DNA of 64,000 bases from a candidate division FCPU426 bacterium (GTDB lineage Bacteria; Oederibacteriota; Muellerivitia; Muellerivitales; Muellerivitaceae). Shown here piece by piece: positions 28,901 to 40,900 of this stretch. A program made the position numbers and the translations under genes. How positions within the stretch are numbered: position 1 is the first letter of the stretch; each line of letters begins with the position of its first letter. The stretch is taken from contig CAWCKJ010000004.1 of assembly GCA_963796105.1 (NCBI GenBank), positions 352,001 to 416,000 on the forward strand, in the 5' to 3' direction. The notes beneath the pieces are model-generated. The model saw only the letters and a program-made list of their open reading frames with translations. It ran no database searches and had not been told where the DNA came from.

Positions 28901-31900
28901 TTATAGATTGAAGTGAATTTCCCCGCCGAAGGCCTGGGAATCGAAGTTGGTGCGGCCGAAGTCTCCCTGATAACGGATGGTGAAATTCAACCCGTTCTTC
29001 CACTGGAGGCCCAATCCGCCGCCCACCTGGAACCCGCTCTGGCCGATCTTGGAACCTAGCACCGTGAAGGGGCTCCCCCCGATGTTGGAAGTCACCTCTC
29101 CGCCCTGGTAGTCGAACTCATTCAACCAGGTCGCGGTCACCACCGGCAGGAAGTTGACATCCCGGCTGAGGGGAATATCGCCCGCAGCGCGGCCGCCCAA
29201 GTTGCTGGCAAAGGAATTATCACCCTGGTTCCCGTAACTCAAGTTGGAAGAGGACCCCGTTTCCTGGAACGCGTTCACATCCACATGCGTGTGCTGGATG
29301 GAACCCACGGGACCCAAGGTCCAATTTCCGGTTTGGGTCTGGTATCCCACGCCCAACTCGCCGGAATACATGCCCCCATTGGTGTTGCCCGCCGCTGTTC
29401 CGCCGAAGGCGATCCTCTGGCTGTCATAGGCGTCATAGCCCACCTCGCCTAAAAACTGGGCGAAGAAGCCTTCGGACTTGATCAAGCCGTAGAGGCCCAA
29501 TTGGCCTCCGTTGATGGCCAAGTGGCTTCCGCCGGTGGCGGTGATATTCGCGCTCTGGTTGCCCGCCAGAAGGCCGACCGCCAGGTCCCTGCTGAACTGG
29601 TAATCCACGCCGGCCGCGGTCAAGCCGCCGTAGGTGGCCTTGTAGCCCTCGCCGTTCCCGTCGCCGGTCACGTTCAGGTTTCCACCGTCGCCGCTGATGA
29701 ATCCGCCCCAGCGCTCCTCATCCTTGATTCGCGAGCTGTGGCGCGCCATTTCCAATTCGACTTCAGCAGGCAAGGTGCCGGCGAACATCTTGGAACTATC
29801 GATGCCCGCCAAATTGTTTCCACCGCCGAACCCGCCCTGGCCCGCCAGGAAGCTCGACAACCTGCTTCCCAAGGCCCCGGCCTGGAGTTCCGCCAAGCGG
29901 AAGTTCACCGTGTAAAGGGCCGCCATATTGGAGGGTGAGATCAGATCGTAAGCGTGCGGATATTGTCCCGCCGTCAAGGTCCCTAATTCCGCCATGAGCC
30001 CAGTCACCGCCTGGCTTCCGTAGAGGCCGTCCAACTCATCCGCCACGGAAATCTGGTTGTGCGTCTTGGAAAGGTCCGTAAAGGAAGCCGGCATGGCCTC
30101 CAGCACTACCTCGTGGGCCAAGTAAACCGGATATAACCTTAATCCCGTGAAGGACTCATCGATGGTTGAGAACTGGCCCGTCAACACTCCGCCCGTTCCC
30201 GCTACCGTGAAGCCCTCGCCGATGGTGGGCGTAAACCCGTCATAAGAGGTGACTTGGAGCGTTCCCGCCATGGCCGCGGTCCCTCCGATGACCAGATGGT
30301 CGTATTGCGTCAGGAGAGTTCCGCCCAACCCGAGGCTTAACGCCGCGGTGGCTGACTGGCTGTAATTCTTGCCCACCAGGATCAAGTGGTTGATCCCGTC
30401 TGTGGAAAGAGTACCGCCGTTCAGGGCCAAGCTTCCTGTACCCAGCGCGGAGCTGGAAGCGATCACCAAATTCCCGTCTTCCATGTCCGTCCCGCCGCTG
30501 TAGTTGTCCGAGCCGGAAAGAGTCAAGGTGCCCGTGCCCAGCTTGGTCAGGGAGCCTCCCATTCCGCCGGAGAGTCCTCCGTCCAGGATACTTCCGGAAA
30601 GGGCCATATCGGTGTTATTGATGCCCAATCCCAGGTTTTCCGCGCCCAGGTAGATGTTTCCGGCCCCGTTGATGGAGCCCACCGTGACGCCTGTTGAGGA
30701 GCCGCTGATGTCAAACACGCTGCTGACAGCCTGGTTGAACACCGCGTTGCCGCCCAAGGCCGTTCCGGAGAAGGCCACCAGGGAGCCGCTATTGCCGGTG
30801 ATTGTGGCAGAGGCCGCCGTCGAATCTTTCTCGAAGAGAAGGTCCCCGCTGTTGTTGATATTGGCGTACGCCGCGGAGGCGATTGCCGTTGACGTCGCGG
30901 TTTTGGCCTCGACGATTTGGTTTCCAAACTGGACCAACCCGCCGTCCGCGTTCGAGATGGCCGCTTGATCAGCGCTGGAGGCGTTGAAGAAGTAAAGCGA
31001 GGCGCCTCCCTCGTTGGTGATCGAGGCGCTGCCCGCGTCGGAATTGCCGTTGAACACCACCACCCCGTTGTTATCGTTCACGATGGTGGCGCTTCCCGCG
31101 TTGGCGTTGTTATTGAAGCCGACGGAGCCCTGGTTTTGGATGTCGGATTTGCCCGCAGTGGAGTCGTCGTTGAACTCCAGGGTGCCGCCCGACAAGCCGT
31201 TGGAATCGTTGTTAATGGTCGCGCTTCCCGCCGTTGCGTTGCCGGAGAACTGGATGTAACCGTTCCCGTCGGCAAGGTTGTTGATCACGGAATTTTGCGC
31301 CGAGGCACTCCCGTAGAAATAGAGCCGCCCGCCGTTGTTGTTGATCGTGGCGGTGCCCGCCTGGGCGCTGTCCTTGAAATCAACTTCCCCGTTCATGGTG
31401 TTGTCGAGCAGGGCGTTCCCGGCCGTCGAGTTGTCCTGGAACAAGGTGTATCCGTTGTTCTCGATGGTCAACCCGCCCGCGTTCTTGAAGTCGAAGAAAT
31501 CCAGCGACCCCAAACTGCCAACCGTCACCCAGTTGGAGGTCCCGAGGGTCCCGTTGGTGTCGACATCCAGCCAGCCGCTGGTGACAGTCGTTCCTCCGGT
31601 GTAATTGTTCGTCCCCCGCAAGATGAGGCCTGATTCCGTATCACCGACCTTCTCCAAACCGGAGGTGCCGTTGATGGAACCGCTGAAATCACCCATCTGC
31701 ACTTGCAGGGTGGATGGGCCGCCGAACAGCGTGACCGAACCCAGGCCGTACAAGCCGCCCAAGTAAACCGAGGTGCTGCCGGTCACGGAATCCGAACCGT
31801 CCATGCCAGCCTGCACATTGAAGTAGGAATTCGAGTCAATCAGGTCTAAGGACCCCATGGATACGGACGCGTTTCCGGCCGTCCCGTCAGTACCCCAAAC

Positions 31901-34900
31901 CGATCCTCCGCCGCCGCTGCCGCCATTGCCAGCCAGTACGTTGATAGAGGAAGAGTTGTTCAAGGAAACCGATCCAGTCATCAAGGAGGCGTTCCCGCCG
32001 TTTCCTCCGTTGCCGCCCATATCGGTCACATCACTCGTCAAGCCTTTGTCTGTATTCCTCACAGCGCCCGCTTCCAAGTTATAAGAACCCGAGTTCCCTC
32101 CGTCGCCGCCGTTGCCTGCCTGCACCAGCAGGAAACTGGAATCCATCGTCACCGCGCCGGTGGACAGGGAGGCGTTTCCGCCGCGGCCCCCGTTGCCGCC
32201 GTTGCCGTTGGTTCCATCAGCGCCCGTGCCTGGGGTATAGGTACCCGAGTCGCCCTCATCGGCGCTTCCGGCTGAGCCGGTGTATTCGTAGATATCCCCA
32301 ATCCCCTGGGATCCGCCCGAGCCGCCGGTTCCGCCGTTTCCGGCCACTACCGCGAGACTGGAGGAAGTGGTCAAGGCCACGGTTCCGGTCACAGTCAAGG
32401 CCGAGTTTCCGCCGTTTCCGCCGTTGCCCCCGTTGCCCCCGTTGCCGCCCATGGCGTTGCCGTCTTGGCCGTTCCCGCCGACGCCATAGTCCGCGTAACC
32501 GCCGTTACCGTCTCCGCTGTATCCCCAGCCGGCTGAGTTCGAGTTTCCGCCGTTGCCGCCGGTCCCTCCCGTCACGCTGACGGTCCCGGAATCAACCGTC
32601 AAGGAAGCCATGGTCACGGTCAGGTTCCCGCCGTTGCCGCCGTTCCCGCCGTTGCCGCTGTTTCCTCCGGTCCCGTTTCCGCCGGTCCCGTTGCCGCCAT
32701 AAGCCGTGTCACCCTCGTTATAGGCTTGGCCGCCGTTGCCCTCGCCGCCATAGCCGTCTCCGCCGTATCCGCCGTCTCCGCCATAGCCGCCGTTGCCGGC
32801 TGACAGTACCAGGGTTGAACCGTTGGAAAGGGCCGTGTTGCCCAAGACCCCGGTCAAGTCCCCGCCGTAGCCGCCGTTTCCACCGTTGCCGGCGTTTCCG
32901 CCGATTCCATTGCCGCCCACGGCGTTTCCGCCGTAATTGTTATCGGCGGAATTATAGGCATCGCCGCCTTGGGCGTAATCCCCGTCGCCCTCAGTGCCGT
33001 CATAACCGTAGCCGCCCTGCCCGCCGTTGCCGGAGGCAATCGTGATGTTCGAGGCCGAGGAGGTCACATCTCCCAAGCTGACAGTGACGCTTCCGCCGAT
33101 CCCGGCGTTCCCGCCGTTGCCGCCGTTGCCGCCGATTCCATTGCCGCCAACCGCGTTGCCGCCAACTGCGTTTCCGTCAAAGGTTTCATCGGCGGAACCC
33201 CCGTAAACTGAGGTTTCTCCGCCGTAGCCGCCGTAGCCTCCATCCGCGCCGTCGCCGCCATAACCAGCGGCCACATTGAGGGTGGAATTCCCGGACAAGG
33301 CGACGTCTCCAGCGGCCAGGCTCACGCTTCCGCCGTTGCCGCCGTTACCGCCATTGCCGCCATTTCCGCCGGCGCTGTTACCGCCAACGCCGTTACCACC
33401 CACGTTGAGGTACCCGCCAACATAGGCTTCGCCGCCGTCGGCCTCAGAGTCCCCGCCGTACATTCCTTCCCCGCTATAGCCTCCCGTTCCGCCATTGCCA
33501 GCCGTAAGGTTGACCTGGGAGGAGCCGGAGACATTGATGTTTCCCTGGTCGTCCAGGGTCAAGTTTCCGCCGTCCCCGCCGTTGCCGCCGTTGCCGCCGT
33601 TGCCGCCAATCACATTGCCGTTCGAGGCGTTCCCGCCGTAATTCTCAAGACCGTAATAGGCTTCTCCCGCGTCGGCATAGGACCCGTCAGCCCATCCGCT
33701 GTACTCAGTGGACTCCTCGTTTCCCCCGCTTCCGCCCTGGCCGCCGTTGCCAGCTGAGACCTGGAGAGTGGACTCACCCGTCAAACTTGTGTCGCCTTGA
33801 AGGGCCAAGCTGACGCTTCCGCCTTTTCCCGCGTTCCCGCCGTTGCCGCCGTTGCCTCCCGAGACATTGGCGCTTGTGGCGTTGCCGCCGTTATTTTGCA
33901 TGGAGTAGTCATCCGCCGTGGCTTCACCGCCATAATAACCACCATCGTCATAATAATAAGGTCCATAGGCGTAGTTGCCGTTACCAGCGTCTCCGCCGTT
34001 TCCGCCCTGGCCACCCAAGATTGAAAGATTCGAGGAAGCCAAGGTCACCGCGCCGGTGCTTCCGGTCACGCTCCCGCCGTTTCCGCCGTTCCCGCCGTTA
34101 CCGCCGTTGCCGCCGGTGATGTTTCCGCCGGTGGCGTTGCCCCCAATTCCGTTTCCAGGGTAATTGTCCCCATCCTCACTGATTCCGGTTCCATAATCCT
34201 CGTAGGGATCGTTGGCCCCATCGCTGTAAGCGGCGCCGCCGACACCCCCCGTGCCGCCTTGGCTTCCGCTTCCCGCCGAAAGGGTGACCACGTTACCAAG
34301 TGCCGTGATATTCCCGGTCGAGAGGGCCAAACTGCCTCCGTCGCCCCCGATTCCGCCGTTGCCGCCGTTACCGCCTATCGCGGAGCCAGCTGTCGCGTTT
34401 CCGCCCACGCCGTTTCCGCCGTTACCGTCATCGCCGTAACCGCCATATCCAGTGCCGCCGCCGGCCCAAGCGCCTTCGGCGTAGCCGCCGTCGCCGCCGT
34501 TGCCGCCGACACCGCCTTGTCCGGCTGTCACCGCGAAGGAGGCTCCGGATTGAAGTGTCAAGGAATTCATGGCCAAAGACACACTTCCGCCGTTTCCGCC
34601 ATTGCCTCCCTGTGCCCCGTCGCCTCCGATACCAGTTCCGCCCACGGCATTATCGCCGTAGCCGGTTTCGCCATCGTATCCCTCATCGCCGTAGCTGGTC
34701 CCATCCTGGTAGGCTTCCCCGCCGTAGCCGGACCCGCCGTCCCCGCCGTTGCCTCCGTTGCCGCCGTTCCCGCCTGCCAAGGATACGCTTGAGGAACTTC
34801 CCACATTGACATCACCTAATGACGCGGTCACCGCACCACCCGAGCCGCCGTTGGAGCCAACCGTTCCAGTTACGCCGACACCATCCCCGCCCTGCAATGA

Positions 34901-37900
34901 AATCTGCCACCCTTGAGGCAATCCATCTTCCTCGTAATCGTAGGAACTATAGCCATCCCCTTCACCGCCGGAATAACCGGAAGCGCCGGAATATCCCTGT
35001 CCACCGATGGCCACCAAGGAAGACTCGCTCGTCAGGGTCAAGGAACCGCTTGAAACCGATGCGTTCCCTCCGTTGCCGCCGTTTGCGTTTTCGCTGTAGC
35101 CGCCCCCTCCGCCGACCACGTAGATATTGCTGTTGTCCACCGAAACCGCGCCCGCAACAGACAAGGCCGAGTCGCCGCCGTTGCCGCCGTTGCCATAGGC
35201 ATAGTCGTACCCGCCCCAGCCCGCGATCACGTCCAGGTTGGAAGTCTCCGCGTTATTGGAAGTCAAGGTTAGGCTTCCCAGGGAAGCCATGGCGTTTCCG
35301 CCCGTGCCTTCGGTGTCGCCCGAATTTCCGAAGCCCGACTCGGCGCTTCCGGCGATCACATTGATCTCGCTCGAATCCACCGACACGGCGCCAGCAACCG
35401 TCAATGTCGCAGATCCGCCGTTGCCGCTGATCGCTGGGTCACTCCCGTCATAGGAATACCCGCCGTTGCCGCCGTACACGTTGAAAGTCGAGGTGTTATC
35501 GTTTGTATTATTCGAGGTCACAGTCAGGGTATTCATGGAAGCAGAAGCGTCACCGCCATTGCCCCCGTTGGAATAATTGGAGTAGCCGCCCTGTCCGCCG
35601 CCCACGCTGACGTTGCTGGAGTCCACCGACACAGCTCCCGCAACCATCAAGGTTGCCGCTCCGCCATTGCCGCCGTTGCCATCGCTGTAATCATCCCCGC
35701 CGTTACCGCCCACCACGTTAAGGTTGGAAGTCTCCGCGTTGTTGGAAGTTAACGTCAGGCTTCCCAGGGAAGCCGTGGCGTTTCCACCATTTCCCTCGGT
35801 GTCACCCGAATTTCCGAAGCCCGACTCGGCGCTTCCGGCGATCACATTGACTTCGCTGGAATCCACCGACACCGCGCCTGCCACCGTCAAAGTCGCTGAT
35901 CCGCCATTACCGCTGACCGCCGGGTCGCTCCCGTCATAGGAATACCCGCCGTTGCCAGCGTACACGTTGAAAGTCGAGGTGTTATCGTTTGAGTTATTGG
36001 ATGTCACAGTCAAGGTATTCATGGAAGCCGAGGCATCTCCTCCATTGCCGCCGTTGGAATAATCGGAGTAACCGCCTTGTCCGCCGCCCACGCTCACGTT
36101 GCTGGAGTCAACAGACACATCGCCAGCCACGGTTAAGGTCGCCGCGCCGCCATTGCCGCCGTTGCCATAGTAATAATCATCGCCGCCCGCGCCCCCGACC
36201 ACGTTAAAGGAGGAAGTGGTTCCCGGGTCATCAGAGGAATTGAACGAGTTTGAGGTCAATGCAAGGCTTCCCAGCGAAGCCGAGGCGTTCCCGCCAGCGC
36301 TTTCAGTTTGGTCTTCGTCGTAAGATCCATAACCATATCCAGCGTTGCCGCCGGTCACATTCACCGTGCTCGAGTCTACCGACACAGCTCCACCAGCCGA
36401 CAGGGTCGCCGAACCAGCGGTACCATCTAGGCCGTTGTCATACTCCCAATAGTTGCTTCCCGAGTTTCCGCCAATCACGTTGAGGCTGGAATAACCATTG
36501 TTGGACGTCACGGTCAAATCAGAACCGATGGACACATTCGCGTTCCCGCCGTTGCCGCCGTTGACATTGACGCCAAGAGCGCCGGTTCCACCCGTCACGT
36601 TCACCGAACTGGAATCAATTGACACGGCGTCAGAAACCGTCAAGGTTGCCGAGCCGCCAGATCCGGCCGTTCCTGTGTCAGACCAATTTCCATAATCCCA
36701 AGGATAGGCACTTTGGGCGCTTCCAGCCGCCACATCAAAGGTGGAGCCATCATTGACACTTAAATTTGTCCCAACGGAAACAGACGAGTTTCCGCCGTTA
36801 CCGCCATTGCCGTAATAATATGATGTTGTACCTGTTCCACCGCCCACGCTGACATTGCCGTTGTCCACGGACACAGCTCCGCCCGAGGTGAGATTCGCCG
36901 ATCCGCCATTTCCCGCGGTTCCGCTATAGGTTCCACCACCGGCCCCGCCCACCACTAACAAGTTGGAAGTGGAATAATTGCCGGTTACATTCAAGTCCGA
37001 CCCGACGGAAACAGAGGCGTCCCCGCCGTTCGCGGCGTAGGCATATTGGCTGTTACCGCCCGCCCCGCCATTGACGCTCAAATTGCTGGAATCCAATGAT
37101 ACCGCGCCAGAGGAAGAAAGCGCCGCATCTCCGCCGTTACCGCCGTTGCCATAAGAGTAATCGTTCCCACCGGCGCCGCCATTCACGCTTAAGTTTGCCG
37201 GGTTTCCAGTCGAATTCTGGTAATAATGATCTGAGGTCAAATCCAAACTTCCCGCGGAAACTGTTGCGTCCCCGCCGTTTCCTTCTGTGTTACCGCTATT
37301 GCCGATGCCAAACCCGGCGTCGCCGCCGGTGACGCTGACTTCGCTCGAGTCCACCGACACCGCTCCTGTCGAGGTCAAGGTCGCCGAACCGCCGGCGGGG
37401 TCATAACCATTTTGGGAAGATCCGCCATTGCCGCCATGCACATTGAATTTGGAAGTGTTTCCATTTGAGTTATCGGATGTGATCGACAAGCTGCCGACGG
37501 AAGCCGTGGCGTCCCCGCCGATTCCGCCGATAGAATAATTGCTGTAACCACCCGCGCCGCCGCCAACGCTGACGTCGCTGGAGTCCACCGACACCGCCCC
37601 TGCGACCAACAATGAGGCTGATCCGCCTTTGCCGCCATTGCCATCGCCATAATCATTACCCCCAGACCCACCCACGACGTTGAAGCTGGAAGTGGTTCCC
37701 GGATCTGTGCTTGAATTGTATGCGTTTGAAGTCAGAGTCAGGCTTCCCAGGGTCGCTGTAGCGTCGCCGCCCGCGCCCTGAGTCACGCTTGAGCTGGAGC
37801 CATCACCACTACCCCCATAACCGCCCGTCACGTTTACATTGGTGGAATCCACCGAAACAGCCCCGCCGACCGACAATGTCGCCGATCCGCCCGAGCCGCC

Positions 37901-40900
37901 GGTTCCAATTCCATAGTAATCAAAATTGCTTCCTCCACTGCCTCCGGTTAAGTTCAAGTTTGAGGAATCGTTGTTGGCCGTTACCGTCAAATTGGACCCG
38001 ATTGAGACCGATGCGTTACCGCCGCTCCCGGCGCTCCCGTTGTAGTTGTCGGCACCAGCCGCCCCAGCCACATTGACATTGCTTGTATCCAACGAAACAG
38101 AGCCGCCTACCGCCAGGGCCGCGGAACCGCCTGAGCCCGTCAATCCCGTGGGGCTGTAGGTGTACCAATAATAATTGGTGGGCACACTGCCACCCATCAC
38201 ACTGAGGTTGGAATAATCGTTGACCGTTAAATTCGACCCGACGGAAACAGACGCGTCTCCGCCGTTACCGCCGGTTCCGTAATAGGACAATCCGCCTGTT
38301 CCACCGCCAACGCTTACGTTGCTGTTATCCACCGACACAGCTCCGGAAACAGTCAAGGCCGCGGCGCCGCCGTTACCGGCGTTTCCACTATTTGAACTTC
38401 CGCCGGTCCCGCCCGCCACCACCAAACTGGAGGAATCATTATTCCCAGTCACATTCAAGTTCGAAGTAACCGCAACGTTCGCGTTCCCGCCATTGCCCCC
38501 GTTGCCTGTCGCGCTGTAGCCCCCCGTACCACCGCCCACACCTACTGAGCTGGTATCAATTGAAACTGATCCGGCCGCCGACAGGGTCGCATTGCCGCCA
38601 GCACCGGACACATTGTCAGCTCCCGCATTGCCGCCGTTTCCGCCACTCACATTCAAAGTGGAGTAACCATCGGTGCTGGTGAGGGTTAAATTCCCCGTTG
38701 AGGCCGAGGCGTTCCCACCGTTGCCTCCAGCTCCGCTGGTATTGCCTGTGCCGTTCGTCCCATAATTCAGTCCGTCGCCGTATACACTCCCCAGGGACAT
38801 CTGCCCGCCCATCCCGGCTGTGCCTCCATTGCCCCCGTTGCCCCCGGTCACGTTCAGCGTGGAATCATTCGCCGTCAAATCCCCCGTTGCCAGGGACGCG
38901 TTTCCGCCGTTGCCCCCATTGCCGGCCGTATTGTCATTTCCGCCATTCCCAGTGTTATCGCTGGAAAATTCGCTCCAGTATGCGTAACTGATGCTTCCGC
39001 CATTGCCCGCGTTACCGCCGTTGCCGCCGGATCCGGCCGTGACATTGAGCGTGCTCGCATCCAATGAAACTGCGCCCGTGCTGACTGCCGAGTTCCCCCC
39101 GTTCCCGCCGTTGCCGCCCACGTTCCCACTTCCTCCGCTGCCTGTTACGTCTGTAGAACCGTAGTCATAATATCCGCTGATGTTTCCGCCGTTGCCGGCG
39201 TTGCCGCCGTTGCCGCCGTTGCCCGCGGCTACGTTGATGGCGCTGGATACCACCGACACCGCCCCTGTTGCCGTCAAGGCCGCGTCGCCGCCATTCCCGC
39301 CATTGCCGCCGATGTTGTCGTCACTCCCACTTCCTGTGGTTGTATAACCCCCCCAGTTATAACCCGTAAACGCATTGCCCCCGGACCCGTTATCCCCGCC
39401 TGAACTTCCGGTACCTCCGGCCACGTTCAGGCTGGGTGAGCCATAAGTGTTAGTCAGGGTTAAATCCGAACCGATGGAAACCGACGCGTTCCCACCGTTT
39501 CCGCCATTTCCGGTAGCGCTATTGCCGCCCACGCCGCCGCCCACGCTCACGTTGCTGGAATCAACCGACACAGCACCCGAAACCGTCAGGGCTGCGTTGC
39601 CGCCGTTCCCTCCGGCTCCATTAGCGCTGGTTCCACTGTTCCCGCCGATCACATCAAAAGCGGAAGGTATTCCAATTTCTCCCTCACTAAGGTTGAAAGT
39701 ATTTGAAGCCACATCTAGGCTTCCCAGGTAAGCCGAGGCGTTGCCGCCGCTTCCCCCGTTGCCTGTCGCACTGTTACCGCCAGTTCCGCCGCCCACGCTG
39801 ACCAAACTGGAATCCACTGATGCCGTGCCTGTTGCCGACAGGGTCGCATTGCCGCCAGCACCGGACACATTGTCAGCTCCCGCATTGCCGCCGTTTCCGC
39901 CACTCACATTCAAAGTGGAGTAACCATCGGTGCTGGTGAGGGTTAAATTCCCCGTTGAGGCCGAGGCGTTCCCACCGTTGCCTCCAGCTCCGCTGGTATT
40001 GCCTGTGCCGTTCGTCCCATAATTCAGTCCGTCGCCGTATACACTCCCCAGGGACATCTGCCCGCCCATCCCGGCTGTGCCTCCATTGCCCCCGTTGCCC
40101 CCGGTCACGTTCAGCGTGGAATCATTCGCCGTCAAATCCCCCGTTGCCAGGGACGCGTTTCCGCCGTTGCCCCCATTGCCGGCCGTATTGTCATTTCCGC
40201 CATTCCCAGTGTTATCGCTGGAAAATTCGCTCCAGTATGCGTAACTGATGCTTCCGCCATTGCCCGCGTTACCGCCGTTGCCGCCGGATCCGGCCGTGAC
40301 ATTGAGCGTGCTCGCATCCAATGAAACTGCGCCCGTGCTGACTGCCGAGTTCCCCCCGTTCCCGCCGTTGCCGCCCACGTTCCCACTTCCTCCGCTGCCT
40401 GTTACGTCTGTAGAACCGTAGTCATAATATCCGCTGATGTTTCCGCCGTTGCCGGCGTTGCCGCCGTTGCCGCCGTTGCCCGCGGCTACGTTGATGGCGC
40501 TGGATACCACCGACACCGCCCCTGTTGCCGTCAAGGCCGCGTCGCCGCCATTCCCGCCATTGCCGCCGATGTTGTCGTCACTCCCACTTCCTGTGGTTGT
40601 ATAACCCCCCCAGTTATAACCCGTAAACGCATTGCCCCCGGACCCGTTATCCCCGCCTGAACTTCCGGTACCTCCGGCCACGTTCAGGCTGGGTGAGCCA
40701 TAAGTGTTAGTCAGGGTTAAATCCGAACCGATGGAAACCGACGCGTTCCCACCGTTTCCGCCATTTCCGGTAGCGCTATTGCCGCCCACGCCGCCGCCCA
40801 CGCTCACGTTGCTGGAATCAACCGACACAGCACCCGAAACCGTCAGGGCTGCGTTGCCGCCGTTCCCTCCGGCTCCATTAGCGCTGGTTCCACTGTTCCC

